Shown here: piece after piece, positions 11,699 to 24,928 of the stretch
How positions within the stretch are numbered: the first letter of the stretch is position 1
How the letters are laid out: each line of letters starts with the position of its first letter
Notes under the pieces: generated by a model
Told to the model about the DNA's origin: nothing
The model's database searches: none
The model's input: only the letters and a program-made list of their open reading frames with translations
Made by a program: the position numbers and the translations under genes
DNA from: Eledone cirrhosa
Lineage: Eukaryota
Reading direction: 5' to 3'
DNA length: 64,000 bases
Assembly (NCBI GenBank): GCA_964016885.1
Contig: OZ024752.1
Location: forward strand, 48,546,001-48,610,000

Positions 11699-11781
<83 letters not shown>

Positions 11782-11790
11782 ATGTGTAAG
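10965..11790. repeat. (TG)n/(TATG)n/(TA)n compound repeat with internal duplications
   Basis: Direct reading. Confidence 0.85.
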
Positions 11791-11851
11791 AATAAGTATG
11801 AGAAAATTACTCTCACTCTCTCTCTCTATATATATACATACATATAAATAT

Positions 11852-11929
11852 TAGGCAGTCAAGTATGAAATTTGTAGAAATTTGTGTATTTTCTCGAAAT
11901 TTCTACAAAATTCATACTTGACGACTCTA
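11852..11929. mobile_element. ~80-bp Tc1/mariner-type MITE made almost only of TIRs
   Basis: gtcaagtatgaaatttgtagaaattt (11858-11883) and aaatttctacaaaattcatacttgac (11897-11922) pair with 1 mismatch; TA context. Confidence 0.6.
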
Positions 11930-12102
11930 TATACACACACATATACACACACACATATATATATATATATACATAGAGAGAGATATATATGGACTGAGGG
12001 TCTCTGAGTGAGCATATATGATATGGGCATGTATGTATGTATGTGTGTGTGTATAACTCCCTTTTTCTCTCTCTTTACACACTCACACACATCTATATAT
12101 AT

Positions 12103-12134
<32 letters not shown>

Positions 12135-12464
12135 CACATATATACATACATATAGGTATATTTATGTTTAAGTTGTAGAGTAGGTGGGAAGGTATCTGTG
12201 TGTGCATGTGTGTGTGTGTAAGCATGTGCTCCTGTGTGTTATCATAAATGTGTATGTGTGTATGTGTGCTATCATAAGTGTGTGTATGTGTGCCACTGTG
12301 TGTTATAAGTGTGTGTGTGTGTGTGTGAGTGTGTGTGTGTGTGTGTGTTATAAGTGTGTGTAATCCCTGTTTAATTCTCTGAAATATAGTGAAGGTAATT
12401 AAGCAGTTAAAATTGAAAAAGAAATATAAATATGTCAGGTTATATGGTAATTTATCAATTTAAG

Positions 12465-12491
12465 GTGTATATATATATATATATATATGTG

Positions 12492-12531
<40 letters not shown>

Positions 12532-12539
12532 TATGTATG

Positions 12540-12571
<32 letters not shown>

Positions 12572-12575
12572 TATG

Positions 12576-12647
<72 letters not shown>

Positions 12648-12652
12648 CACAC

Positions 12653-12720
<68 letters not shown>

Positions 12721-12747
12721 CACACACATTATATATATATATATGTA

Positions 12748-12779
<32 letters not shown>

Positions 12780-12780
12780 C

Positions 12781-12816
<36 letters not shown>

Positions 12817-12874
12817 GTATATACATATATATATATATACATATATACATATATATATACATATATATATTTAC

Positions 12875-12905
<31 letters not shown>

Positions 12906-12980
12906 CATATATATATATATACATATATATCTTTACATATATATATATATACATATATATACATATATATATATATATAT
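12465..12980. repeat. (TA)n compound microsatellite
   Basis: Direct reading. Confidence 0.9.
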
Positions 12981-13097
12981 CATCATCATCATAATTATCA
13001 TTTTTACGTCCGCTTTTCCATGCTTGCATGGGTTGGACGGATCCTCTATTGCAACTTCCTTCCACTGGGATTTCCTGGCTCTTCTAAAAATAATATG

Positions 13098-13220
13098 ATA
13101 ATAATAATGAAATTATTGTGTACAGTGCTCAGATGCACTACAACTCATCAAAGGTGCATGTATAGTACATAGAATAATGTACAAATGTCTGGAAAGTGAA
13201 CAGTGTACGAGTCATGATAT
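13098..13220 (-). mobile_element. Probable LINE 3' end (CR1/L2-like) with (ATT)n tail
   Basis: Minus strand ends ...gttgtagtgcatctgagcactgtacacaataatttcattattatt. A shorter copy is at 11381-11419. Confidence 0.55.
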
Positions 13221-13304
13221 GCGTGTGTGTGTGTGTGTGTATGGAGGGGGGGAAATCTATCTCAATGGTTAGATAGCTGAAATTGAGGTTGTTTCCAGTG
13301 GTAG

Positions 13305-14020
13305 ACAGATGGACCAGATTTTAAAATGGCCTCAGTGTCAATCTTTGCTTCCATTAGTTGACAGAAGAAGTAGATCTTAAAATGGTCTTAGTGTCAATCC
13401 TGGCTTCTATTTGTTGACAGAAGGATCAGATCTTAAAATGGCCTTAGTGTCAATCTTTGCTTCTATTGGTTGACAGCAGGATCAGATCTTAAAATGGCCT
13501 TAGTGTCAATCTTTGCTTCTATTGGTTGACAGCAGGATCAGATCTTAAAATGGCCTTAGTGTCAATCTTTGCTTCTATTGGTTGACAGCAGGATCAGATC
13601 TTAAAATGGCCTTAGTGTCAATCTTTGCTTCTATTGGTTGACAGCAGGATCAGATCTTAAAATGGCCTTAGTGTCAATCTTTGCTTCTATTGGTTGACAG
13701 CAGGATCAGATCTTAAAATGGCCTTAGTGTCAATCTTTGCTTCTATTGGTTGACAGCAGGATCAGATCTTAAAATGGCCTTAGTGTCAATCTTTGATTCT
13801 ATTTGTTGACAGCAGGATCAGATCTTAAAATGGCCTTAGCGTCAATCCTGGCTTCTATTGGTTGACAGCAGGATCAGATCTTAAAATGGCCTTAGTGTCA
13901 ATCTTTGATTCTATTGGTTGACAAAAGAAGTAGATCTTAAAATGGCCTAAGGATCAATCTTTGCTTCTATTGGTAGAGTGAAGGATCAGATCTTAAAATG
14001 GCCTTCCTGTCAATCCAGGC
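13305..14020. repeat. 56-bp minisatellite, ~12.5 copies
   Basis: Unit ggatcagatcttaaaatggccttagtgtcaatctttgcttctattggttgacagca. Central copies identical, edge copies divergent. Confidence 0.95.
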
Positions 14021-14918
14021 CAGAACTTAATTCAATGACAATAAATAGGAATAAACAGAACAAATATTATCATGACATTTGTTACTCCACTGTGAAGTGG
14101 AAACTATGATTAACATAAAATAAGCATGTGGCTGTGTGTGTTTGTGTGTATCTGTGAGAGTGCCTCTGTGTGAGGGTGTCTGTGTGAGTGTGTCTATGAA
14201 TGAGTGTGTCTATGTGTGTGTGTGCCTATGTGTGTGTCTATGTGTGTGTATGTAAAATGAAATAATTGTAACATAGATAGGAACTACTACTGAGCCTCTT
14301 TCTATTTCACCGTCATCACCCACCCCACCATCCCCCCTCCTTCCCTCCCAACAATCCATATTCTATCCTATTATTATTTTCACCCTTCCCTATCACTGTT
14401 CAAAGAATCAATATTTCTAAATGTATTTTTTATTGTCTTTTTCCTTTAGTTAGTTTTCTAACACTTAAACACCTTAAACTTCCACGTGATTTATTTTTGT
14501 CGTCAATTTGTCAATTATGAATTCAAAATTGACTTTTAGGAAGGAATAAGTGGCATTTCTGGTAAATGTTTATATCTATAGTGGCACCTACAAATGGTGG
14601 AGCTCTCACAGAATAAATATGCGCATCGAAACTGTAGACAGAATATGTGTGTGTGTGCATCTGTTAGCATGTATATCTGTGCAAGAATGCATGTGTGAAA
14701 GAATGCATGTGTGTAAGAATGCATGCGTGCAATAATGCATGTGTGCAAGATTGCATGTGTATAAGAATGCATGTATTCTTTGAGTGTCAGTTTGTTCATA
14801 TAGGTATGTGTGTATGTGTGTGTGTGTGTTTGTAATGTGTTTGTCATTTGGTGCCTGTGTATGCCTATGTAAGCAAGTATGTGCCTGGGTGTTCATATAT
14901 ATATATATATATATATAA

Positions 14919-15135
14919 AGGAACGATCGACTTTCGTCAAATCGGACCGAGGGAACAATGTTTCCGTTGGTCTTTCCAATTGCTAATACTATCTATCGGT
15001 CGCAACTCCAGGTAGAAGGAGCAACGTGAAATAAAGTGTCTTGCTCAAGGACATAACGCATCGCCCGGTCCAGGAATAGAACTCACAACCTTACGATTGC
15101 GAATCCAATTCTCTAACCACTCAGCCACACGCCTT

Positions 15136-15139
<4 letters not shown>
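14919..15139 (-). mobile_element. CORE-like SINE with distinct tail (same family as 162-374)
   Basis: A-box tggctgagtgg, B-box gagttctattc, CORE-like segment; (TA)n on both sides. Confidence 0.88.
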
Positions 15140-15203
<64 letters not shown>

Positions 15204-15319
15204 TATATGTATATACCCTTTTACCTTTTTACCTCTGTATGTGCATGTGTGTTTCTGCATATCATTTCTTTGTATGCCCGTGTGTGAGTGGTTATGATGG
15301 AGTATATGTGAATGTGGGT

Positions 15320-15615
15320 ACTTTACATTCTGAGTTCAAATCCCACCGAGGTTAACTTTGCCTTTCATCCTAACGGGATCGATTTAATTGACTTTACCCT
15401 CTCCCCCTGAAAAAAAAATTGCTGGCCTATAGTAGAAACCTTTATTATTATTAAGGGTTGGACGCCATGCTTTGAAGCATAGAGTTACCTCCCTTTATGG
15501 TCTGAGATCAAATCCCGCCGAGGTTAACTTTGCCTTTCCTCCTTACGAGGTCGATAAAATAAAGTACCAGTAATGCACTGGGGTAATTGCTGGTCTTGTG
15601 CCAAGAGTAGAAACA

Positions 15616-15648
<33 letters not shown>
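15320..15648 (+). mobile_element. Two adjacent Meta-like SINEs (15320-15452 and 15453-15648)
   Basis: Both match the family consensus and have (ATT)n tails. Confidence 0.85.
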
Positions 15649-15959
15649 GATATACCTCTAAGATAGAAGGAGAATTCCATTAATTTCACTGACATATGGA
15701 AAGAGCTCAGCTGTGAATTGTAAATTAGGTAATTATCTCTTGATTAGTGGATAAAACCAATTGGCAGAGTTTGGTGTCTGGTTTAAGTCACACAGTAACT
15801 GCAATTATTACTAAAAGTAAATCTCGAAACAAACAAATAAATACTTAAACCCAACAGCAACAACAATTTACAATAAACTACAAATAGTTGGAATTATAAT
15901 TCTATTTTCTTCTAATTTAAACTATCATCTTTTATTTATATCCTGTGTATAGTGAGCTA

Positions 15960-16563
15960 GTGCCGCAGTAAAATGTACCCGGTACACTCTGTAAAGTGGT
16001 AGTGCTGGTGCCATGATAAAATACGTCCAGTACACTCTGTAAAGTGGTAGTGCTGGTGCCATGATCAAATGCACTAAGTACACTCTGTAAAGTGGTAGTG
16101 CTGGTGCCATGATCAAATGCACTAAGTACACTCTGTAAAGTGGTAGTGCTGGAGCCATGATCAAATGCACTAAGTACACTCTGTAAAGTGGTAGTGCTGG
16201 TGCCATGATAAAATGCACTAAGTACACTCTGTAAAGTGGTAGTGGTGGTGCCATGATCAAATGCACTAAGTACACTCTGTAAAGTGGTAGTGCTGGTGCC
16301 ATGATAAAATACGTCCAGTACACTCTGTAAAGTGGTAGTGCTGGTGCCATGATCAAATGCACTAAGTACACTCTGTAAAGTGGTAGTGCTGGTGTCATGA
16401 TAAAATGCCACCAGTACTCTCGGGAAAGTGGTAGTGCTGGTGTCATGATAAAATGCCACCAGTACTCTCGGGAAAGTGGTAGTGCTGGTGTCATGATAAA
16501 GTGCCCCCAGTACACTCTGTAAAGTGGTAGAGCTGGTGTCATAATAATGTGTTCCCAGTACAC
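15960..16563. repeat. 48-bp minisatellite, ~12.5 copies, SINE-derived
   Basis: Unit agtacactctgtaaagtggtagtgctggtgccatgatcaaatgcacta resembles the cactgtaaagtgg...aaaagcaccca repeat 5' of the V-like domain. Confidence 0.9.
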
Positions 16564-17088
16564 ATAAGTGAGACCCAGTGGTTTTACATCAGTACTGACT
16601 TGGCCTATATAGATGCGTCCAACCCATGCTAGCAGGGAAAGCTGGATGCCCTTCCTAACACCAACCACATTTACAGGTGGATATATATATATATACACAC
16701 ATATATACACACACACACACCTATATATATAAGTACATATAGGAAGGTGAAGGCAGTGCCCATGGCCCTTTATTTTTCAAGGCTGCAAAGACTTGTGTGA
16801 GGAATTTATCTTCAAATCAAAGACTTGGTTCCAACACATGAGGCAGAGTGAACTTTACTAAAGTTACCCGAAAAACCAGGCAGTGTAGTTAAATACCAGC
16901 GAAATATAGTATAATATTTATGATGGTTGTGATGATGATGTTTACTAAGTTTCTTATTTCATTTTATTTTATTCATTTGTTAATTAATTAATTAATTAAT
17001 TCTTTTTTTTTTTACTCGTTTTGTAATTCTAAATTTACATCACATAAAAAGGAAATTAATTTTAACTTTGAAATTTAACACAAACAAA

Positions 17089-17196
<108 letters not shown>

Positions 17197-17306
17197 TAAT
17201 AATAATAATAATAATAATGATAATAATAATGATAACCTATGCAAGTATGGAAAATAGCTGTTATATGGTGATGATGATGATATATATATATATATATATA
17301 TATGCT

Positions 17307-17367
<61 letters not shown>

Positions 17368-17374
17368 GTATACT

Positions 17375-17453
<79 letters not shown>

Positions 17454-17490
17454 GTATATATGTATATATATGCATGTGTGTGTGTGTGAG

Positions 17491-17521
<31 letters not shown>

Positions 17522-17834
17522 ATGTGTGAGTATATATATACATAAAATGAAATATTTGAAATAAAATGTATAAAAAAATAAGAAAAGGATGAATATATTT
17601 AATAAAAATTTGAATTTTCAATATTAACAATTTAAACTTCGAAAAAAACATCAATTAACTCTATAGAAGAAAACCAAAAGATCATTTCTATGTAGAAACA
17701 AATGACCTCCCTATATTAACACACCTGAATTTACCTTTTCAAAAACTTTGTTTAAACGTTTATAGCAAAATAATAAATATTCTCTACATATCACCTTTAA
17801 TGTAAACACACATTAAATCTGAATAGCTATATAC

Positions 17835-17897
<63 letters not shown>

Positions 17898-17967
17898 TGC
17901 ATATGTGTATATATACATATATATATATATGTGTGTGTGTGTATATATATATATATGTATATATATT

Positions 17968-17998
<31 letters not shown>

Positions 17999-18015
17999 TT
18001 GTGTGTGTAAATATG

Positions 18016-18064
<49 letters not shown>

Positions 18065-18179
18065 GTGTGTAAATATGTATATATATATGTATATATATAT
18101 GTATATATATCTATATATATATCTATCTATCTGTATATATGTATATCTATCTATAAGTATATACATCTATCTATCTATA

Positions 18180-18228
<49 letters not shown>

Positions 18229-18637
18229 TGAAATGTATATGTATGTGTGTGAATGTTTGTATGAGTGAATGAGTGAGTGTGTGTGTGTGTGTAGAATGTT
18301 CTGAAGTTTATGATTTATATATGGAGGTTTGGTTGGTTAGGTGGTTAGGGTGGGGTCGGTGGGTCGGTGGAGGAATGTTTGTTATTAATAATTCCACCTT
18401 CCTACCTACCCACCCGCCCACCCACCCCCACCATTCTCTTGGTCTTTGTTCTTTTTATACGGCATTTCGATAAATTAAGTTTTTAAATTACTTTGAATTA
18501 GGTTCAACATCTGCTCTTAAGATAGAGCTGCAGTTTGTGGGTTTTTTTCCTGATAAATAAATATCTAAATATATAAATATATAAATAAATATGAAATAAA
18601 TATGAATTATTAAATAAATATAACAAACAAAAAATAC

Positions 18638-18701
<64 letters not shown>

Positions 18702-18786
18702 AACAATAACAGCAACAATAAAAATAAAAAAGATACAGGAATTGCTAACTTAGCTCCAGAAAGACAAGAGCTGTAGGAAATAATTC

Positions 18787-18790
18787 TACT

Positions 18791-18831
<41 letters not shown>

Positions 18832-19162
18832 CGCTATCATCACCACTGCTAATACTATTATCACCACTACTAATACTACTACTACTACCACACTATTATC
18901 ACTACTACTGATACTACTACCACCTCTACTAATACTACTTCCACCACTACTACTACTACTACCACTATCATCACCACTGCTAATACTATTATCACCACTA
19001 CTAATACTACTACTACCACACTATTATCACTACTATTAATACTACTACCACCACTACTAATACTACTACTACCACACTATTATCACTACTACTAATACTA
19101 CTTCCACCACTACTAATACTACTGCTATCATCACCACTACTAATACTATTATCACCACTACA

Positions 19163-19209
<47 letters not shown>

Positions 19210-19580
19210 CACACTATTATCACTACTACTAATACTACTACCACCACTATCATCACCATTACTAATACTACTACCACCCCTACTAATACTATTATCACCA
19301 CTACTAATACTACTACTACCACACTATTATCACTACTACTAACACTACTACCACCACTATCATCACCACTACTAATACTACTACCACCACTACTAATACT
19401 ACCGCTATCATCACCACTACTAAAACTATTACCATTACTATCACTGCCTCTACTTAGTAGTAACAGCACCACTGCTACTACTATTACCACTACTACTATT
19501 ACTACTACCACAATACCAACAACAAAAATAACTATCAAAATAAATTACAACAACCACAACAACAACCACAACAACAGCAA
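18787..19580. repeat. (ACT/ACC)n degenerate trinucleotide satellite
   Basis: Direct reading. Confidence 0.9.
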
Positions 19581-19789
19581 TAGATGTTGGTTTCTGTTAA
19601 GTACAGGTATGACAGTGTTGAAAAAGTTTGCTTTAAAACTACATTTTCTAAGTTCAATTTCACTGTGTGGTAACTATGTCAAATGTTTTCAAATACAGCC
19701 TCAGGTTGACCAATAACATATGAGTAGAATTTAGTAAACAGAGGCTGTGTAGATGCCCAAATATATATGTAAATATAAGAGTCTGTAAA

Positions 19790-21593
19790 GCACATACTGT
19801 AAAGTGGTTTCGATGGGAACACAACAAAAAGCACCCAGCCCACACTCTAAAGTGGTCATGTGGGTGACACGACAAAAAGTGCTGCTCAACCCACACTGTA
19901 AATTGTTCCTGATGGTGACATGACAAAAAGTGCCCAGTCCATACTGTAAAGTGGTCGTGTGGGTGACACAACAAAAAGTGCCCAGCCCACACTGTAAATT
20001 GTTCCTGATGGTGACATGACAAAAAGTGCCCAGTCCATACTGTAAAGTGGTCGTGTGGGTGACACAACAAAAAGTGCCCAGCCCACACTGTAAATTGTTC
20101 CTGATGGTGACATGACAAAAAGTGCCCAGTCCATACTGTAAAGTGGTCATGTGGGTGACACAACAAAAAGTGCCCAGCCCACACTGTAAATTGTTCCTGA
20201 TGGTGACACAACAGAAAGTGCCCAGTCCATACTGTAAAGTGGTCGTGTGGGTGACACAACAAAAAGTGCCCAGACCACACTGTAAATTGTTCCTGATGGT
20301 GACACGACAGAAAGCGCCTAGTCTACACTGTAAAGTGGTCGTGTAGGTGACACAACAAAAAGTGCCCAGCCCACACTGTAGATTGTTCCTGATGGTGACA
20401 CGACAGAAAGCGCCTAGTCTACACTGTAAAGTGGTTGTGTGGGTGACACAACAAAAAGTGCCCAGCCCACACTGTAGATTGTTCCTGATGGTGACACAAC
20501 AAAGTGCCCAGCCCACACTGTAAATTGTTCCTGATGGTGACACAACAAAGTGCCCAGCCCACACTGTAAATTGTTCCTGATGGTGATACAACAAAGTGCC
20601 CAGCCCACACTGTAGATTGTTCCTGATGGTGACACAACAAAGTGCCCAGCCCACACTGTAAATTGTTCCTGATGGTGACACAACAAAGTGCCCAGCCCAC
20701 ACTGTAGATTGTTCCTGATGGTGACACAACAAAGTGCCCAGCCCACACTGTAAATTGTTCCTGATGGTGACACAACAAAGTGCCCAGCCCACACTGTAGA
20801 TTGTTCCTGATGGTGACACAACAAAGTGCCCAGCCCACACTGTAAATTGTTCCTGATGGTGACACAACAAAGTGCCCAGCCCACACTGTAGATTGTTCCT
20901 GATGGTGACACAACAAAGTGCCCAGCCCACACTGTAGATTGTTCCTGATGGTGACACAACAGAAAGTGCCCAGTCCATACTGTAAAGTGGTCGTGTGGGT
21001 GACACAACAAAAAGTGCCCAGCCCACACTGTAAATTGTTCCTGATGGTGACATGACAAAAAGTGCCCAGTCCATACTGTAAAGTGGTCGTGTGGGTGACA
21101 CAACAAAAAGTGCCCAGACCACACTGTAAATTGTTCCTGATGGTGACACGACAGAAAGCGCCTAGTCTACACTGTAAAGTGGTCGTGTGGGTGACACAAC
21201 AAAAAGTGCCCAGCCCACACTGTAAATTGTTCCTGGTGGTGACACGACAGAAAGCGCCTAGTCTACACTGTAAAGTGGTTGTGTGGGTGACACAACAAAA
21301 AGTGCCCAGCCCACACTGTAGATTGTTCCTGATGGTGACACAACAAAGTGCCCAGCCCACACTGTAAATTGTTCCTGATGGTGACACGACAGAAAGCGCC
21401 TAGTCTACACTGTAAAGTGGTTGTGTGGGTGACATGACAAAAAGCACCCAGTCTACACTGTAAAGTGGTCGTGTAGGTATTATAAGAAAAAGCATCCAGC
21501 CGACACCATAAAGTAGATGTGTAGATGTCATGAAAAAAGCACCCAGTACGCATTGTAAATGTGATTGGCATTAGGAAGGGCACCCAGCCATAG
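19790..21593 (+). repeat. 46/48-bp minisatellite with A-B dimer higher-order structure, ending in a V-like domain
   Basis: Units gtgcccagcccacactgtaaattgttcctgatggtgacacaacaaa(aa) and gtgcccagtccatactgtaaagtggtcgtgtgggtgacacaacaaaaa. Terminal attggcattaggaagggcacccagcc. Confidence 0.93.
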
Positions 21594-22088
21594 GAACATA
21601 TAAGCATAGAAAAGTGAATGCAAAATGGTGTGGCTGCTGGGTAACTTTAGTATAATCTATTGTTTCAAAATATGTCTCCATTTTTCACATACCTTCTCAC
21701 CAATCTCCAGTGATTAGAAAAGTTGTATAGGCATTGCTCTCCCTTACCTGACTACAAATATTTAAAAAATATAACATCAAGAAGATATATTGTATCCTAA
21801 TGTGAGCTAAAATACAAATATATCGTATTATAAATCTCATTTTAATAATATTATATAGGCATTGATAATAACAGAATGCAGTGGTGTATAGTTCTAAAAC
21901 TAGAGATCTACAATAACTGTGATACTTTTAAGACATGCTTGTACATATAAATATGCTTTCATAACAATTATGTGAGAAATAGTTACTTTCCAATTCATGC
22001 CTTAGCTACCATAGCCATACTTTATGCAGGAACATGATTCTATTCACCTTAGTTCTGCTTAACCAACACCAGCAGATTTTTTCACTAT

Positions 22089-22128
<40 letters not shown>

Positions 22129-22181
22129 GTAAATCTATGTGTGTGTGTATACATACATATGTATATATATATATATATATT

Positions 22182-22410
22182 TCGTTTCTGAATTTGTTTA
22201 GCAAGATTCTTTATCTGAAATCGTGTGTTGAAACCGATATTGTTATACTTTGGGAGGGTCATGTTGCCAATAAGAAACACACGCACCAGTTGCTTTCACT
22301 TCAATTTATTATATATTTATAAATTTATAAATATATAATAAATTGAAGTGAAAGCAACTGGTGCGTGTGTTTCTTATTGGCAACATGACCCTCCCAAAGT
22401 ATAACAATAT
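22182..22410. mobile_element. Element containing a perfect 174-bp palindrome (22237-22410)
   Basis: Arms are exact reverse complements around aaa|ttt at 22323/22324. A related element lies at 58570-58830. Confidence 0.8.
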
Positions 22411-22428
22411 ATATATATATATGTATGT

Positions 22429-22620
22429 AAAAGGTAAACAGAAATAACAACACAATCGGTACAGTATATGGAAGGGATATATTAGGTTAACGCTTGATAT
22501 AGCAGGAAGAGGGTCTTAACGTTTCGGACGCTAGTCCTTCATCAGGAGAAAGAATGAGAAATAAGATAGATTGAGGGGACGGGCGGGATGGAATTGGAAA
22601 AAATATCTTTAGATAAAAAT
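22429..22620 (-). mobile_element. HHR family D element (Penelope-like terminus)
   Basis: Near-identical copy at 58930-59105; decayed copy at ~50500-50670. Confidence 0.75.
22514..22549 (-). ncRNA. Minimal hammerhead family D
   Basis: tctc-CTGATGA-a-ggac-tagc-gtcc-GAAACGTT-aaga. Confidence 0.7.
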
Positions 22621-22672
22621 AACAGGTCCATGTTGACATCTCTTGCAAAACTGTTGATGCTGGCGTTTTATA

Positions 22673-22719
<47 letters not shown>

Positions 22720-22769
22720 GTACACCCCGCCCCCACACCCTACCCCATCCTCCCTCTCCCGTTCCGTCC

Positions 22770-23005
22770 CACTGTGTCAATGACACAACAGTCCACACTG
22801 TAAGGTGGCCGTGTAGGAGACACGGTGAAAAGGCTCCCAGTCCACACTGTAAATGTGGTTGGTGTTAGGAAGGGCATCCGGCTGTAAAAAAACCTGCCAG
22901 AGATGCTTCCGTGCGAGTGAGACATGGTCCCCACACCGTTCCCGCATAAAATGGTATAAAACCGTCTAACCCATGCTAGAGTGGAAGATGGACGTTAAAC
23001 GATGA

Positions 23006-23008
<3 letters not shown>
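22770..23008 (+). mobile_element. V-like/RTE-tail SINE-like element
   Basis: ggttggtgttaggaagggcatccggctgtaaaa followed by ggacgttaaacgatgatgat. Confidence 0.8.
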
Positions 23009-23051
<43 letters not shown>

Positions 23052-23240
23052 GGCTTCTGCAGGACTAGAACTGTTTCATTCAAAGGAAATCCTCAAGAAA
23101 GCTTTCCAGATGATTTCCTTCGAATGAAACAGTTCTAGTCCTGTAGAAGCCATTTCTATATTAAATTTGTTGTATACACTCTATTAATGTATTGAGTACC
23201 TTACTTACTATACTTACCCCTGCTTGAACCCAGGACTCTC
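23052..23240. mobile_element. Family A fold-back element with two opposed mutated HHRs (23052-23151)
   Basis: Plus copy has CAGATGA; minus copy has TTGAGGA and a GCA triplet. The unique arm contains gtattgagtacc. Confidence 0.75.
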
Positions 23241-23384
23241 TCACATACACACACACACATATATATTGTGGGGCAAGTTTTATCATATGTAAACGAAACT
23301 TTCTCATTTTTTTCTATTATATATATATATATCATCACCATTTTATGTCCATTCTTCCACGCTAGCATGGGTTATATATATATA

Positions 23385-23660
23385 TCATCATCATCACCAT
23401 CATCATCATCGTTTAACGTCCATATTCCACGCTTACATGGGTTTGGATGGGAGTTTTCCCACTTGAGGCAAGAGTGGTTGTCTTGCTCGCATAGGACTGT
23501 CTGGCAGGTTTTCTACGGCTGGATGCCCTTCCTAACACCAACCACATTTACAGTGTGGAACTGGGAGGTTTTTACCATGTTACCTACACGGCCACATTAC
23601 AGCGTGGACTGTGTGTTTTTTTGTCGTGACACCTACACAACCTCATTTGTTTCGGGCTGG
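23385..23660 (-). mobile_element. V-like/RTE-tail SINE-like element
   Basis: Reverse complement of 8212-8499. Confidence 0.85.
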
Positions 23661-24760
23661 ATGTTGTATGTTAGCCATCCGCGGCCGAAACAAATAATTG
23701 TTACTATATGGGATGGTACTTTTGATATGCACCCATATCTTTTTGATGCTAATGTGCTTACTTCACAGAGAGAAAAAATATCCTGTGTAGAAATGCCAAG
23801 AATAGCTTGAAGAATTAACTTTATAAAACAGAATAGAGATGATATCCCACACATTTATGTCTAAATGAATATAGTTAGTTACACATGCATTTTCTGATCA
23901 TGCATTCATGAAGAAAAATAGTGTTAACGTAAATAAATACAGAAATATATACAGAAATAAAATTGAGAAAAAATTCTGAATTTGAAAGAGAAAAATATAA
24001 AAGATATTATATAATTTTGAAAGTGATATAAGGCTAAACAATTCAAAATGGATGCTAAAATGAAGGTAACGAAACAGTTAGTTACCTGGTATCTTTGTTT
24101 TGTTTTTGTTGCTGTTGGTTCTTAACAGAAATTATATATTATAAATAGATAGTTTTAAAAAAAAGTGAAGGGTGAAAAAAAAACCCAACGAAAGGAATAA
24201 TAAAACTAAAAGGTTTCAAAATTCAACCATTTTAATTGTCAATAGAAATCTCAATAATGGCTCTCTTATTTTTTTTCGCTGTTTTTTCTCTTTTTTTGCA
24301 CAATATAATCTAGATAGATTTTGGGATAGTTTCAACTATCATGCTTAAATAATTAGTTTTTGTTCCATAAAAAGATGTGAATGAGTGTGTTGTAGTTTTG
24401 CTACATAATTTTATGTCTATGAGTCTTACAGATCAGCCCCTATAAAAACAAAACAGAGCATTCTCTTACTTAATATTTGAGTCATTTATGATGAGAAGGG
24501 GTAATAAATTCAGCCGTAATATCCTTTGCCTATAAAATGAAATCACGTGACCACAGGGAATCCCAGTCTAGTCACACATTGTATCATGTTAATTCTGCCA
24601 AAGAGTTACATTAACCCTTTTGATACCAAACTGCCTGAAACCACTCTTGTTTCTACATTACAAAGTTCTTGTAGTTATCTAAAAACTTTTCATCAACATT
24701 TTATGTAAGAATCTTTCTTAAGACATGCCTCCAAAGACCAGCTTAATAATGAGAAACTTA

Positions 24761-24928
24761 CCATATTTCCTGGCACTGAAGACGCTTTGTCCTCAAGGAC
24801 GCAGCCTAATTTTGACAATCACAAATTTGAAAAAAAATAATGCACAACGTTCGGCCTCCAGGATGCATGGTAGAATTTTGAGACTTATTTTGGGAAAAAA
24901 GTAGCGTCTTCGATGCTGGGAAATACAG
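24761..24928. mobile_element. Tc1/pogo-type MITE with TA TSD, nested in a TTAA-type MITE starting at 24611
   Basis: TA-ccatatttcctggcactgaagacgc ... gcgtcttcgatgctgggaaatacag-TA imperfect TIRs. Confidence 0.75.

Noticed and set aside
14540-14561. 22-nt microexon candidate (ttttag|...|gtaaat)
   Set aside because: Weak donor, frame-shifting length, and such matches are expected by chance.
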